NCBI GenBank assembly: GCA_036172245.1
Contig: JAYWIR010000019.1
Location: forward strand, 806,001-870,000
Reading direction: 5' to 3'
Source of the DNA: Raillietiella orientalis
Taxonomy: Eukaryota
Length of the DNA stretch: 64,000 nucleotides
Both the position numbers and the translations under genes were made by a program. Of this stretch, positions 25,690-36,300 are shown in pieces. Position 1 is the first letter of the stretch. Each line of letters opens with the position of its first letter. A model generated the notes under the pieces. The model did not search any database, was not told where the DNA came from, and worked only from the letters and a program-made list of their open reading frames with translations.

Positions 25690-26466
25690 TTAGTGAGTTC
25701 GAGCAATGCCAGCACTCCTCGCAGTCGTGCCAAGGGTCTCCCACGGGGGTGCGAATTCTTGAGTGTGCCCCCCGAAAAACTCGTTGTCTCTCCTTCGTGC
25801 GTGGACACGTCTGTGTTCCCCCTCCAACGAAAACAGGACGCGCTTCTGCTGGTTCACTGAGGCTTCCGTTGCAACCAGCGAGCGAACCTGGTTTCCGGGG
25901 GAGTTGCGCACTCGAACTGCGGAAGGTGCGAAGCAACGGAATCCCTTCCGCACCCACTGTTTGCCTGCGGTGTCCCCCAAAGGCTGAAACGGAGGTTATC
26001 TTCAGCTCTCCTGCATTCGGGGAGCACCTCCATGGACTTGGTGGGCCGCTTCTTCTCGCGAGGTGCGGTCGGCGCTAACGATGTGTTGCAGCCGCGCCAT
26101 CCTCACGGCCTGTCGCGTGTCGCAGTTGCAGGCGGCCCCAACAGAGGTCAACAGGACTGCAGCCTGCAACATAAGCATGAATTCTTGGTGGCCTCACATC
26201 AACGAGCAAGTGAGGAAGGAGATCTCCGGCATTCAACGCCGGTTCTGAGAAGGAGGAACGGCCAAAGTCAAAGACCCCTGTCTCTTACCAATCCCATATA
26301 TTTTTGTGTTTGTTTATCGTCCCCTCCCTCCCCTTCCGGACTCAGAGTATGCCTATACTGCGTGTCAGGAAGCCCTCCCCTGAATTTCTGTTCCCACTGA
26401 CTGGAAATTTTGTCCCCATAGGATTTCCATTTTTAATAAACGACCTGGCGCAACCGGGTAAGAAAG
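25690..26466. mobile_element. Two opposed L1/Tx1-type C-terminal fragments (minus ~25690-26030; plus ~26030-26466 with 3' end)
   Basis: Minus HRRVHARRR..FFGGHTQEFAP matches 42210-42290; plus EISGIQRRF* and AATAAACGACCTGGCGCAACCGGGTAAGAA. Confidence 0.75.
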
Positions 26467-26479
26467 CAATGCCGGTGCT

Positions 26480-27000
26480 GTGGCTATCCAAAAGAAACTT
26501 TAGCTCACGTTTCATGCCATTGCTAAGCTTACCTCGGAACCATCATTGCACAACGACATGATAGCGCTGTAGATTTGTCATTCAAACTATTAGCTCATTG
26601 GCGGCCCGTCTCTTCGACTGACCGCAGAGTTGATGTTGACAATTCCACCTCAAGACCAGACATTTTTCTTCCAAATGCATCGACCGCGGTCAATGAAGAC
26701 GCCCTGGTGACCTTCGAAAGTCGTTCCTTCTCGTTTGCCCGAGCTCGCAGGATTGAAAAATCTAAACACACAGGAATTGAGTTCAGTCTTAATTGAGAAG
26801 GAGCGTTCTGTATCATCGATGATGGCATTGTGGTTGGTGCCCTTGGCAACTGAAACCCCGAAAATGATAATGCTTTTAAGTTACTTGGCATTCCAGCCCA
26901 TACACTGGGCAACCTTACTAATCACTCCTGTAAGGAAATGATCAAATTTGCACGTGATATTTACATCACAGGCATTTCATCCCAGACGGCTACGAACCTC
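26480..27000 (+). pseudogene. Utopia/NeSL restriction-like endonuclease fragment
   Basis: SRPDIFL...DALVTFE...ARARRIEK; IVVGALGN*NPENDNAFKLLGI. Confidence 0.8.
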
Positions 27001-27653
27001 AAAACCGAGGATGCTGAGATTCGACCTCAGGACTTCTTCTTCCCACATCACAACTTTTTCCTCATTCCTGTGGATCATACGTTCTCCGGCCCTTCCCCAA
27101 CACCTCAGGCATGAGTACGCTCACTCCACAGGAAGATCAGTCGATTGCCGAAGCCTTCCACCTTCCAGCTGAACTTTGAGCTTCCCTGTGAATCCATCAC
27201 CAATTTCCCCTGTGTACCCATAATACTCTCGTACTCTTATTATTGTATGTATAACGAAACACTTACGAAACATGTATTGCTCTTCAAAAACTTACAAAGA
27301 GTGAGTGATAACCATGGTTACTGTCCCTGTTGTGTGTTTTCTAATTATGGTTTGTTATAGTTTTATTACTATTGTGTTATTTTGTGCTTTTCATCCTTTG
27401 TTAAATTTTCACGATCGGTTTTCGAATGTTGGAAATTTCCTCACTGTAACCAAATAACCCCAAGGCGGCACAGGTGTACAACAGAAGTCGTAATAAAATG
27501 CTGCAGGCTGTTTCTGAACTCCTCTTAATAACGAGTCAATACATCGATACTATGTATTTGCCGTTTAATTTAGTCATGTAAATCATTCGCGCAACCGCGA
27601 TTCGTGAAAGAAAAAGAAGAAGCAAAGAAATCTAAAAGAAACAACACTCTGCG

Positions 27654-29274
27654 GTGCAGCTGAGGACTATCGCCAGCACCAGCAGCGCCGGGGTGTCCAC
27701 GGTGGAAGACCTGCGAACCTCCCGAGCGGCAACGGCAGTGCACCAGCACGCCGCGAGGATGCAGCAGCAGGCAGCAGCGATGGAGGAGAGGACGGAGCTA
27801 CCCCAGCCTATGGAGGTAGTAGCATCAAGCGAGGCGTCCCCGGTGAAGGTGGTTGCCGGTGCGACAGGCGGGCCCGTAGGCCTACCCGTTGCTAGGGACG
27901 CCACGCCATCTTGAGCGGCTGCGACCGTGGGGCGGACAGCGTTTTCTTATGCGGCTGTGGCGGCGGGGACGACGATCACCCGACCGGCCCAGACGTTTGG
28001 CAAGCCCGAGGCGGGCAAGATAGAGATCATTGACGAGCCCATCATTAAGATGGGCCCGAATGTCAAGCCGATTACCTTCAAGATCGGCCTGATTAGAATA
28101 CACAACATCAGAGAGGTTTACCTGGCCTTATACCGGTCAAACGTCGACTTTGACGCGGTACAGGCCATAATACCCAGTACCACCGCGTTCACCATCTTTA
28201 CAGATTGTGAACAATTAACGGAGGCCCTGATTAAGAAGGGCATGAACACCCAAGGCAGGGTGGTCCGCGGCATCGGGGATATGCCGCATACTACGGAATT
28301 TCTCGGTGGTGTCTGCGGGACCACCAGCAGGCAGGCGGTGTGGGCGTTTCTAATCAAACACTGAGAAGTTCTGGAAGTGGAATTCCGGAGAAGTTCTGGA
28401 AGTGGAATTCCGGAACTACTCCGGAAAGGCGTTTTCGGGCGAAGTGGTCGCCAAGGTGGAGTTGTTCGACGAGGCGCACATCCCGTGGGTTGCCCACATC
28501 GATGGGAACTCCCAGGAAGTACATGTCAGGTATCGCCAGCCGCCGGTGTTCTGTACGCGCTGCAAACATCTCTGTCATCGGGTGAGCGCGTGCCCTAGGT
28601 CTCGGTGCTTCCGCTGCGGGGAGCAGGGACACCAGGTGCGCAGCTGCAGCATGCCCGAGGTGTGCGCATTTTGTAAGGAGCCGGGACACGCGAGGTGGTG
28701 GTGTCCCGAGTACGCCAACGGGCGTACGATGCGTGGAATCTCCCCCGTGCGGGAGAAGGTTTTGACGGAGGTGACGAAGCCTCAAAAGCAGGCGGAGAAG
28801 CAGAGGAAGGCGAAGGAGGCCGCTCCGGTTTCGGCGGACGGCTTCGTTGAAGTGAGAAAAGGCGGCAAGAGGAGGTTGCTCGTGAAGAAGCAAGAACCCT
28901 CCCTGAAGGCCGAAGAGAGGGAAAATGCAGAGGAAGGCGATAAAATGGAGGTTAATGAACCCACCCCGGCGACGCAGGAGGCCCCCCAGCTAACCGAGGA
29001 GGTGGTGAAGCTTGTCGAGGAGGTCCGCCAGGAACCGACCGCGGTGCAGCAGGAACAAATCCTCACTCGCATCTGCGAGGTCCAGCAGGACATAAATCAG
29101 TTGGTGGAGGCATGCGAACGCGAAAAGCTGGAGACCAAGCTTTTCGAGGCTAAGGTGGCCTACTGCGCGACGGGCAACTCGGAGACCCCTCCGCCCAAGG
29201 AGGTAGCCAGGGCCGAACGCTCGATGGAAGAACACGACATGACCGACCAAACCGGCAGAGAGCGATGCCGGTAG
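27654..29274 (+). pseudogene. L1/Tx1-type ORF1 with three CCHC zinc knuckles (stops and frameshift)
   Basis: CTRCKHLCHRVSAC, CFRCGEQGHQVRSC, CAFCKEPGHARWWC; stops at 27912 and 28362; 25-bp tandem duplication 28363-28412 shifts the frame. Confidence 0.9.
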
Positions 29275-29376
29275 CGAGAAGCCCGCTCCTTCTTCCTCGG
29301 GAAGACGACAACGATCTCCCCGACAGAAGAAGCTCAGAAAGGGCAAAAAATAAACCCTCTTGATGCCCTCTCGTTC

Positions 29377-30222
29377 TTGTCCACCTCCAGGAGACTAAGC
29401 ATCGCCTCCTGGAATGTTAAGGGACTTCAAGATCAGACAAGGAGAAGAAGAATAGTGCGGAACATTGAGCACTACGGCATCGCGTGCCTACAAGAAACCC
29501 ACGTGATGGGGCAGCAAATCAGCCTTGACTTGGAAAGGCGATTGAACGCCCAACTGTTCACCAGCGAGGAACAGTCGCACACCATGGGGGTGGCGATCTC
29601 AATCAAGAACGAGCTCGCCGACACCATCCTGGAAACCTTCTGTCCCGTACCTGGAAGAGTCATCGCCTTACGGTTGTCCTGGTCCGCAAGCGTGCACCTG
29701 TTCCTCGTGAATGTTTACGGACCCCACCAACACAAGCACCGGTGCGCGGAGCCGCCCCACGAAGCCCTCCGACAAAAGGTCGCACCGAAGGACATCGTCA
29801 TCGTCGTTGGGGATTTCAACATCCCGGATGAAGTCGTCTATTCCCGGGACTTCAGAGGCAGGACGGCGTATCGGCGGCTGTCCGACGATTTCGGACTGCT
29901 ATGGCTAACAGCCAGCCACAAGCCGGTCGACCACGTCCTCTACAGCTCCGATATAGGGAATCGCGTCCTCGGGTTTCGTGACACTCCCCACTCAGTGTCC
30001 GACCACCCGTTGATGCGGTTTTCCCTGGGGACCAAGAACCCTCTCCAAAAGAAGGCACCTAGGGCGGCGTTCATCAGCATGCCCGCCTGGTTCGAAGCGC
30101 TACCCGAGCACCAAGAGCTTATAGAGGCGATTCTGCAGGCGGCCACCATCAGCAGAGTCGCCGATTCAGAGACCCAAAGAAGCAGCCTTGAAGTGAACAC
30201 CATGAAATTGTGGTACGAATGA
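29377..30222 (+). CDS. L1/Tx1-type ORF2 APE endonuclease domain, 3'-truncated
   Basis: SWNVKGL, LQETH, NVYGP, GDFN, DHVL, SDH motifs. Confidence 0.93.
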   Translation: MSTSRRLSIASWNVKGLQDQTRRRRIVRNIEHYGIACLQETHVMGQQISLDLERRLNAQLFTSEEQSHTMGVAISIKNELADTILETFCPVPGRVIALRLSWSASVHLFLVNVYGPHQHKHRCAEPPHEALRQKVAPKDIVIVVGDFNIPDEVVYSRDFRGRTAYRRLSDDFGLLWLTASHKPVDHVLYSSDIGNRVLGFRDTPHSVSDHPLMRFSLGTKNPLQKKAPRAAFISMPAWFEALPEHQELIEAILQAATISRVADSETQRSSLEVNTMKLWYE

Positions 30223-31645
30223 GAAAATAAATTCACCCCGCCCTTTGTGGGACTTGGGGAAGTAAATGTGTGCTTATAACCTGATGTATCTTGTACTTTT
30301 TCACTGAAAAAATTTCCATTGTCAGTGCTGAGTTCACATATTTCGAAGTGTTATTAACTCAGTTTAATTAGTGATCGATACTGGGATTTCGGATTTCAGC
30401 ACAAAAAGCATTGCTCAAGAAATGAAAACTGTCAAACGTTGAACGATCACAGTACGCTTAACATCAGATCGTTTCGACACATGCAAACAGAAGTGAAGAT
30501 TCGAGAGCACAAACAAACAGTAAGTGTGAATAGAATACCGTTCATCCTTGGCAGCAATATGATGAGTCCGAAGAAGTCAGCAAAAGTCGAAGAAAAGCTT
30601 CTATTTGGAAGAAAATCTTCGAACGAAGAACCACGTACTGAGGAAAATAGGAAAGCACAAAAGACAACGTAACCAACGACTTGATGGAGGAAGAAAAGGA
30701 ATTAGGATGGCGATCTTGTCCTTTCCATCTTCCTGCGTATGTTTTAAGCAAACTTCTTATACCTGCGTGAGCATTGCGGTCACCCCGTCGTCATCCTGGG
30801 AAAAGAAGACTTGTTAAAAAGGGAGTCTTTATCGATGTTGTCCTTCGCGGAGCACCTACTTGTAGTCACTGCTCGTGCAGGCAGCACTGACCTGCGCGAA
30901 TGAGAAGCTCAGGTCATGCCAATTCAGGAGCACCGGCTAACCAGTGCGAAGGAAATAATGCCTCAGGCAACAGCAGGACACCACGTCTGCAGAACTGGCG
31001 ACTCTTACGGACTTAGAGCTTGCGAATAGGAGCACCACCTGTATCAAAAATGATCCCTGGACGGGAAGTCTCTATCTCAAAGGTTAGATATCGAAGAAGG
31101 TTGCTACGCCTCAAACAAACTATGTTGCCACGGCAGCGGACTGAGTTTTGCCCGTGTTCAAGGAGTCAAATTACCCAGTGGGGAGACGTTTAAAAAACCA
31201 TATTCCCTCACCGATTGTGGCCATTTCTGCAGAATGTGAGCTCTCTCCTACTTTTCCAGTGTTCGGAGGACGAGATGGCGGCAGTCTAGTGGTTTTGGCG
31301 CACCCGAAAACCTTAGAGCCGCTGAAGATCAGGGACCTGCTCTGGGTGAGATTTCCCGCCAGAAAAGAAGCGTAAAATGACGAAATTTTCTCGGTTTTAC
31401 GATGAAGACGTTTCGCTTCTGTCTACGATCCTTCCATGACCGTATGGAACGTCAGTGGTCAGTGGAACGACTCGGAGGGAAGCACGATCTCAGAATCGCT
31501 AAAAATTTTCTGTCTGGAGTTTCCGGTAGAAGCAGGTCATCCGCCGACTGCAAAGTACTGTCTGTTCATCGAGGTGGAAACAAACGATTGGAAGAATCGA
31601 AAACACAGAGGCTGAAGTGGAGGATTTGTAGACTCGCCTGTCGGT

Positions 31646-31679
31646 CACTTTGATCTAAGCCCAAAGTTCTAGAAGCGAT
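31646..31679 (-). ncRNA. U2: Degenerate U2 snRNA 5' fragment
   Basis: ATCGCTTCTAGAACTTTGGGCTTAGATCAAAGTG; 29/34 identity to the U2 5' end as I recall it, beginning at +1. Confidence 0.75.
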
Positions 31680-31699
31680 ATCCTTCACTAGAACCCATT

Positions 31700-32190
31700 C
31701 TTAAAAACGGGTAGGAAGTAATGAAGAAATGAAATGACGGTATAGTTGAGGACAGAGACTGGAGTTCTGTGAGTTCAAATGTCCATTCTCAAGACACGTT
31801 GGAAAGCCCGGAACGAGTACAATAAGATGATACCAAATACATGAAAGTGCAAGAGCGCGGTTGTTGCTGTCAGCCATCCCTTTCTTCCAAACCAGGCACT
31901 GAATGCCGAAAATCGCCGTTCTTGACACTTCTAGATGCTGTCCTCCATCAAACGCAGTCGTGCTGGCGGGTGACCTCCATTGGCTGCGTCTGCACCTCCG
32001 ACCGGTGGTGCGAATGCAACCCATCGTGCCGATAGCTGCGTGCAATCGGAGACTGCCTCTCCCTCACGAGAATCGCCGCAGAAAGTCATGGACGATGTTG
32101 TCCTAGCGCTAGAAAACTGATGACAGTTTGTTGGCGCTGGCAACGCAGTCGAGGAGCAGGTGCCGGATCCCTTCCCAGGACCTGCTTGTA
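31700..32190 (-). mobile_element. L1/Tx1-type C-terminal fragment
   Basis: AAIGTMGCIR motif, homologous to 57100-57140 and 6880-6910. Confidence 0.65.
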
Positions 32191-32351
32191 AAATCAATTA
32201 AACCAAAAGTACGATTCACTTTTCCAGTAGGAAACCCTCTATGGTTGCCTCGAGAGCAGACCACGAGCAGGGCAAACCATTCAAGTTGAGACTACTGCAG
32301 GAGATCCCCTGATGAACATCCTGAAGAACTTCCTTTACTGTCCTCAGCTTA

Positions 32352-33272
32352 CAGCCCGCGTCGGAGGCCTTGTGGTTTAGGCTTCCGCGTGTGGCACCAC
32401 GCGCCGCGGGTTCGAATACTCCTGTAGAAACTGACGCCACTGCGCCGTTGGGTACTGAGTTTCTCCTGAAATGGCGCTGGTGGGCCGAGACATTCGGGCG
32501 TGGCACCGGCGGTGGATTAAGCCGGAGGCCCCCGATGAAGGCCGGAACAATGGGAGTCTACTTTCGGGTCCTCCCAGGAATCAAGGAATGGGGAGTTCTC
32601 CCTCCTGTCGTGCAACGGAGAGCGGACCCCCCCTTCACCGGGGGACCCCTCCGGTTTCAAGATGGAGCAGGAGCCCTCACGGGCACCTCTCCAGTTGTTT
32701 TAAGGGGCGGACCCCTTTTTTGCAGGGGTCCCTTCGAGTCGTCGCCTCTTCACAGAGTGCACAAGGAAGCAAGAGAGAGCGATTCCCTGCGGGAAGCTGC
32801 AGCGCCCCTTCTGAGTTTCGGAAGCGTCCCTTCGGGGTTCTCTTCAGAGGAGTGAACAGGAGCCGTTCCCTTGCGGGCTCCCTCCGGAGAAGAAATTCCT
32901 ACAAGCGGATCCTTTCCGGGTTCCCTTAGGAGAAGTTGAAATGGAGAGGACCACTCCCCTTTCGGGTTCCGGTGGTCCCTCCGGAGAGAATGAGGAAGGA
33001 GATTCCCTTCGGGGTTCCCCTTCGGAGACAACCAGGGTGGGAGGTGCGATCCCCCCCGTCCGGGAGGGATCCCTCCCCAAGCGTGAGAGGAACGGAGTCC
33101 GAGCCCTTCCTGGATTCATAGGGCGGACCTCCATCCCGGGGTGCCCCCTATCCTGAAGAATTACACGCCCGCCTACGGGTTGCCGCGGGCGGAGGGGCGT
33201 GGAAACAAAACAGTGTGTGTTAATGTTTAAAAAGAGCCACGTGCGCCGCGAGGCACGCGACCGGCTCTGAGG
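32352..33272 (+). mobile_element. SINE-like insertion with tRNA-derived head, hairpin-rich body and 16-bp TSD
   Basis: TACTGTCCTCAGCTTA at 32336-32351 and 33273-33288; A-box-like AGGCCTTGTGG and B-box-like GGTTCGAATAC (32409-32419); terminal hairpin 33234-33267. Confidence 0.7.
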
Positions 33273-34099
33273 TACTGTCCTCAGCTTAGAGGTCAGCTTC
33301 ATGCCTGCATAAAGTTAACTGCGAGGACGCCCAGTCTAATTCAGCGTAACCTAACCTAACGTGCCACCCTATTCTCTAGTTGGGCTTGCCGGTATTTCCT
33401 CTGTCTTACCTCAGTCGCATTGCTTGAAGTTGTTTCTACGCAACTTTTACACTCTTTGCTGGATTCCGGTTCTAAGACTGCAACCGCAGCTGTTCTATCA
33501 CTCCATTCCTGAGTCTGCAGACGATACCACTGTGGCAGCGCCGTGCACGGCTCCAACACAATCGTCCACATACCTTCTGGAAATCCTCATATTTCAAGTT
33601 TTCAGAAGGAAGCCCACTTCAAAGCCGACGAGAAGACATCCGGGGGTTCTCTTTTGAAGATGGTGCCCACAAACAAATGCATATGCTGAAACGTAGTCAA
33701 CACGCTGTACAAATTAATACGTGTTCTACAGAGAAACAGTGTTGTGCAGTTGAGTCCGTCGATATATTGTAATGTGGAGTTGAATTCCTTTTTCTTAAAT
33801 AATAAAAATAAATAAGGGAATTATGATCGATTTATTTCATCAGTTGTATCGACAAGAGCATCACTGCTCTCATAACGTGCTTCGAGGCAATCTTTCGGGT
33901 CAGACTCCTGGTTTGAATAGCCACCAGGGACTGAAGCCCGTGGAAAATTGGCAGCTCGCAGTGAGTGGAGTTGATAATTCTAACACGTCAGTGATTATCC
34001 TATTGATCTTGAAAGATATTTAAAACTCAAAAATGTGGCTTTTGCATTGTGAAAGTGAATGTTCACTCTCTCGTCCATTCACGTCCTCGACGGGCGTAC

Positions 34100-36300
34100 T
34101 CTCCAAAACGCTGCACATACATAACGCGACGCTGTCACGGAGTGAGCATTCCATACTCATTTCCAAACACCAACGTAAGAACGCAAACGTTAAAATCGCT
34201 GTAATTCAAGTTGACAATAAGTTTCGATGGTTCACAAGAACATACGAGAATAATTTCACGTTTTTTCCGCGTTAACACGAGGCTGATGGCAAACTCCACA
34301 GCAGCTTTCATCTCCTGTCGCATCAGAGAGATCGCTGAACGGCGCTTTTGGGTTTCGGCGAACAAACGCAATCTGCAGCGTCGAACGGCTCGCCGGTCAT
34401 CACGGCGACGTGCTCCTTACTTTCATTTAAGAGCAATGAGAAAAACGACCGTGCATGACGTCAGTAGCAGAATGCTTGTGCTTCAAAGAGAAACAGAAAG
34501 CTCTTACACCCTTGGAGATAAAAATGAACAATTCACTTGTTCCGGTCCTCCAAAGACGAAAACAGTTACATCCGTTGTCTGACCTCCATAAGTCTGGGAA
34601 CAACTTGCCAAATTCCTTAGAGTGAATTAAAACTCCCCGTCACTCCCACAGAGCAACTGGTCGGTTCCGAAGTCACCCCCTCAGCGGGTGCCCACATTTC
34701 CATGCACATCGCCTCTTGCGTGATAGGAGAAACCAAGGGGATCAGACCGAGAAAGCACTTCCCGTCCAAAGCACCAAATTTCAGTTCACAGTCAGTCGGT
34801 CCCTGTTTCCCGACAAGTGGCGCTTCCGCATTCACCCCGACTGAAGGAACTGCTACCAGCAAGTGGCACTGGAATGCACACTTTCCCAATGCAGGAAGCA
34901 CTCACGACGCGCGGAAAGGTGAGCTTAGCGCCTTGAAAACGCAACGGGAGGCAATTCACCCGCTCAACTCATCTCCCACCTACGTGAGACCTATCCAAGG
35001 AAGCCAACGGTTTGCTCCCACTCCTGCCAGAAGCATTGCCTGCGCCTTACTTCAACTTGGGCAAGCATTCCTGCCAACAGGGGTTCTTTTGCGCCCGTCG
35101 CTCTGACTGCTATCCTCTCGTCCCAGAAATCCCCCGAATCTTCCCACCTTGCTAGAAATTTCCCCTTTTGCAGAAAAGATATCGTGAGCGGAGGACACAT
35201 TGGAAATACGCCTCCACTTCCCGCCTTGCAAGCACACCTCGCTATCGGGCGGGAATTCCGGGAACGAAACCCGCGTAACCATCCACGGTCATCTGCGCAC
35301 GTCCGAAAGTCCGCTGATTCCCGGGTGAGTGTCGGATGCGCACACTTCTGGCCGTCAGCAGTGACGACGAGGATGCCGCGTCGTACGCCCATGGCTTTTC
35401 CGTCGCCATGCAGCAACGGGAAGCCGTGGTTTCCCCCACGGCGAAAGGCCGCAGGACGCGAACCGTGGTACGGAAGCATCTTCCCAAGCAAGCATCTGGC
35501 GAAACGTATCTCTTTCCATTCCTTCTCTCGAGAATATCTTCCGAAGAGGCGCATAGGTGCCAAGCACCGCGTACGCATGCGCGGAAGTTTGCAGGCCGTT
35601 GTCCAGCCAGGCTTTTCCAAATCGCTTGATTGGAGTACGGGGAACTGAAGAAATTCTCACCGAACGCATCTCCGGAAGCATGGTTCCGCCAAAGATCTCG
35701 TGGGAGCAGTCGCTGTTGCGTTGGGCAGCACTGGAAGCACACGTCCGATGAACTGCCAGGGAAGAACGTACTGACCTCGGAAGGGATGCTGCGGATTCGG
35801 TCGCTGCACAACTGCAGCCAGCGGGGCAAGTGGCTCATGAGCAGTGCGCGGAATGGCAAAGTGCTTTGGACGAAAGCTTGCCAACTCGGAACGTGCGTGG
35901 TCTGCGCAAAAGTTCCAATCGCATGTCCTAAGGTGCATCTGTTTGGCGTCGAAGGGATGCCCGCAAAACGTGGCTCCGCTGCTGGTGCAAGAGCAATGTA
36001 TCAAATACGTCACGTGGTTTTCACACCATGGTACTGTGCACATGTGAAAGAGAAGGCCGCCATATCGATTGGTGCGAAGTGGGAATGCTGGAACGGTCGG
36101 TTTCCAAAGCAGCGTCTGCTAGCGCACCATAGCAACTACGCAGAGACTGCATTCTCAAGACGCATTGCATTCTCAAAGTTGCTCACGTCCCTTCCGAATG
36201 TTTGAAACCAAGGACAGCAGAAAAACCGCCTATATTCCAGCAGCTTTGGGTGACTTCCCAACATATGCTCTGAGTATTCCGAAGTCCAGTGCCGCATCTC
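34100..36300 (+). pseudogene. Heavily degraded L1-type ORF2 (RT to CCHC)
   Basis: Remnants TKGIRP, WKYASTSRLASTPRYRAG, CVVCAK...HLFG in the expected order. Confidence 0.5.

Noticed and set aside
33347..33360. TAACCTAACCTAAC, arthropod telomere-like repeat or telomerase template
   Set aside because: Fewer than three units; could occur by chance and lies outside the SINE-like insertion
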